DNA of 63,822 nt, counting the filler, from Octopus bimaculoides (lineage: Eukaryota): the NCBI RefSeq assembly GCF_001194135.2. It is 7 parts of 6 records of this genome, joined end to end, with 100 filler letters (N's around TTAATTAATTAA, not from the genome) between each part and the next. Parts side by side here need not be neighbours in the genome. Positions count along the whole stretch, not along the records: positions 62,435 to 63,822 come from NC_068994.1; 6 more parts are not named here. One strand, 5' to 3'. Within the stretch, counting starts at the first letter, position 1. The number at the start of each line of letters is the position of its first letter. Below, in pieces: positions 63,576 to 63,822 of this stretch. Below the pieces are notes generated by a model. The model ran no database searches, was not told where the DNA came from, and worked only from the letters and a program-made list of their open reading frames with translations. Position numbers and translations under genes: made by a program.

Positions 63576-63822
63576 TGGATTCTCTCGTCGTGAATGACAA
63601 ATGAAGGTTCACTAAAATAAAGCGTTAATCATGTTATAAGGACATGATGAATGTGTCCCTTGAGTCCTGCTGGTGCCTTGTAAAAATTTTGGCAAACGAA
63701 ACTAATTGAGGATTCACTTTACTCCAGTGCTTGTTGATCATTTGTTGTGTGCTTCCTTCAGTGGGCAGCAAGGCCTGCTCTGCTTCGTGCCGCAAAACCA
63801 CAATGGCAGGTAACATATATAT

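Overview
Eukaryotic, AT-rich, microsatellite-saturated draft-assembly DNA with many N gaps. The repeat landscape (three or more high-copy tRNA-headed SINE families, R4/Dong and RTE LINE debris) points to an octopus (coleoid cephalopod) genome; this is inference, not a database match. Two host protein-coding segments are supportable, both on +: an intact single-exon GT31 beta-1,3-galactosyltransferase-like CDS (37160-38293) and the terminal exon (TM6, TM7, helix 8, C-tail) of a class A peptide-receptor-like GPCR (50954-51370), whose earlier exons I could not find in the window. The rest is transposon-derived: Tc1 and mariner remnants (one with both TIRs and TA TSDs), R4/Dong, RTE and Tx1/L1-like LINE fragments, a Helitron derivative, a Helentron-like non-autonomous element, two small LTR elements, foldback/MITE elements, Penelope-like fragments carrying minimal hammerhead-ribozyme-like folds, and many SINE copies. 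I see no clear novel multi-gene system. The best leads are the hammerhead-like motifs, a TRIM-like LTR element with three tandem tRNA-Trp PBS-like motifs, the possible nesting of the glycosyltransferase inside a GPCR intron, microsatellite-associated R4/Dong insertions, and hairpins with TTAGGG loops. Repeat boundaries are hand-read and approximate (about +/-10-20 bp) unless TSDs or TIRs are quoted.
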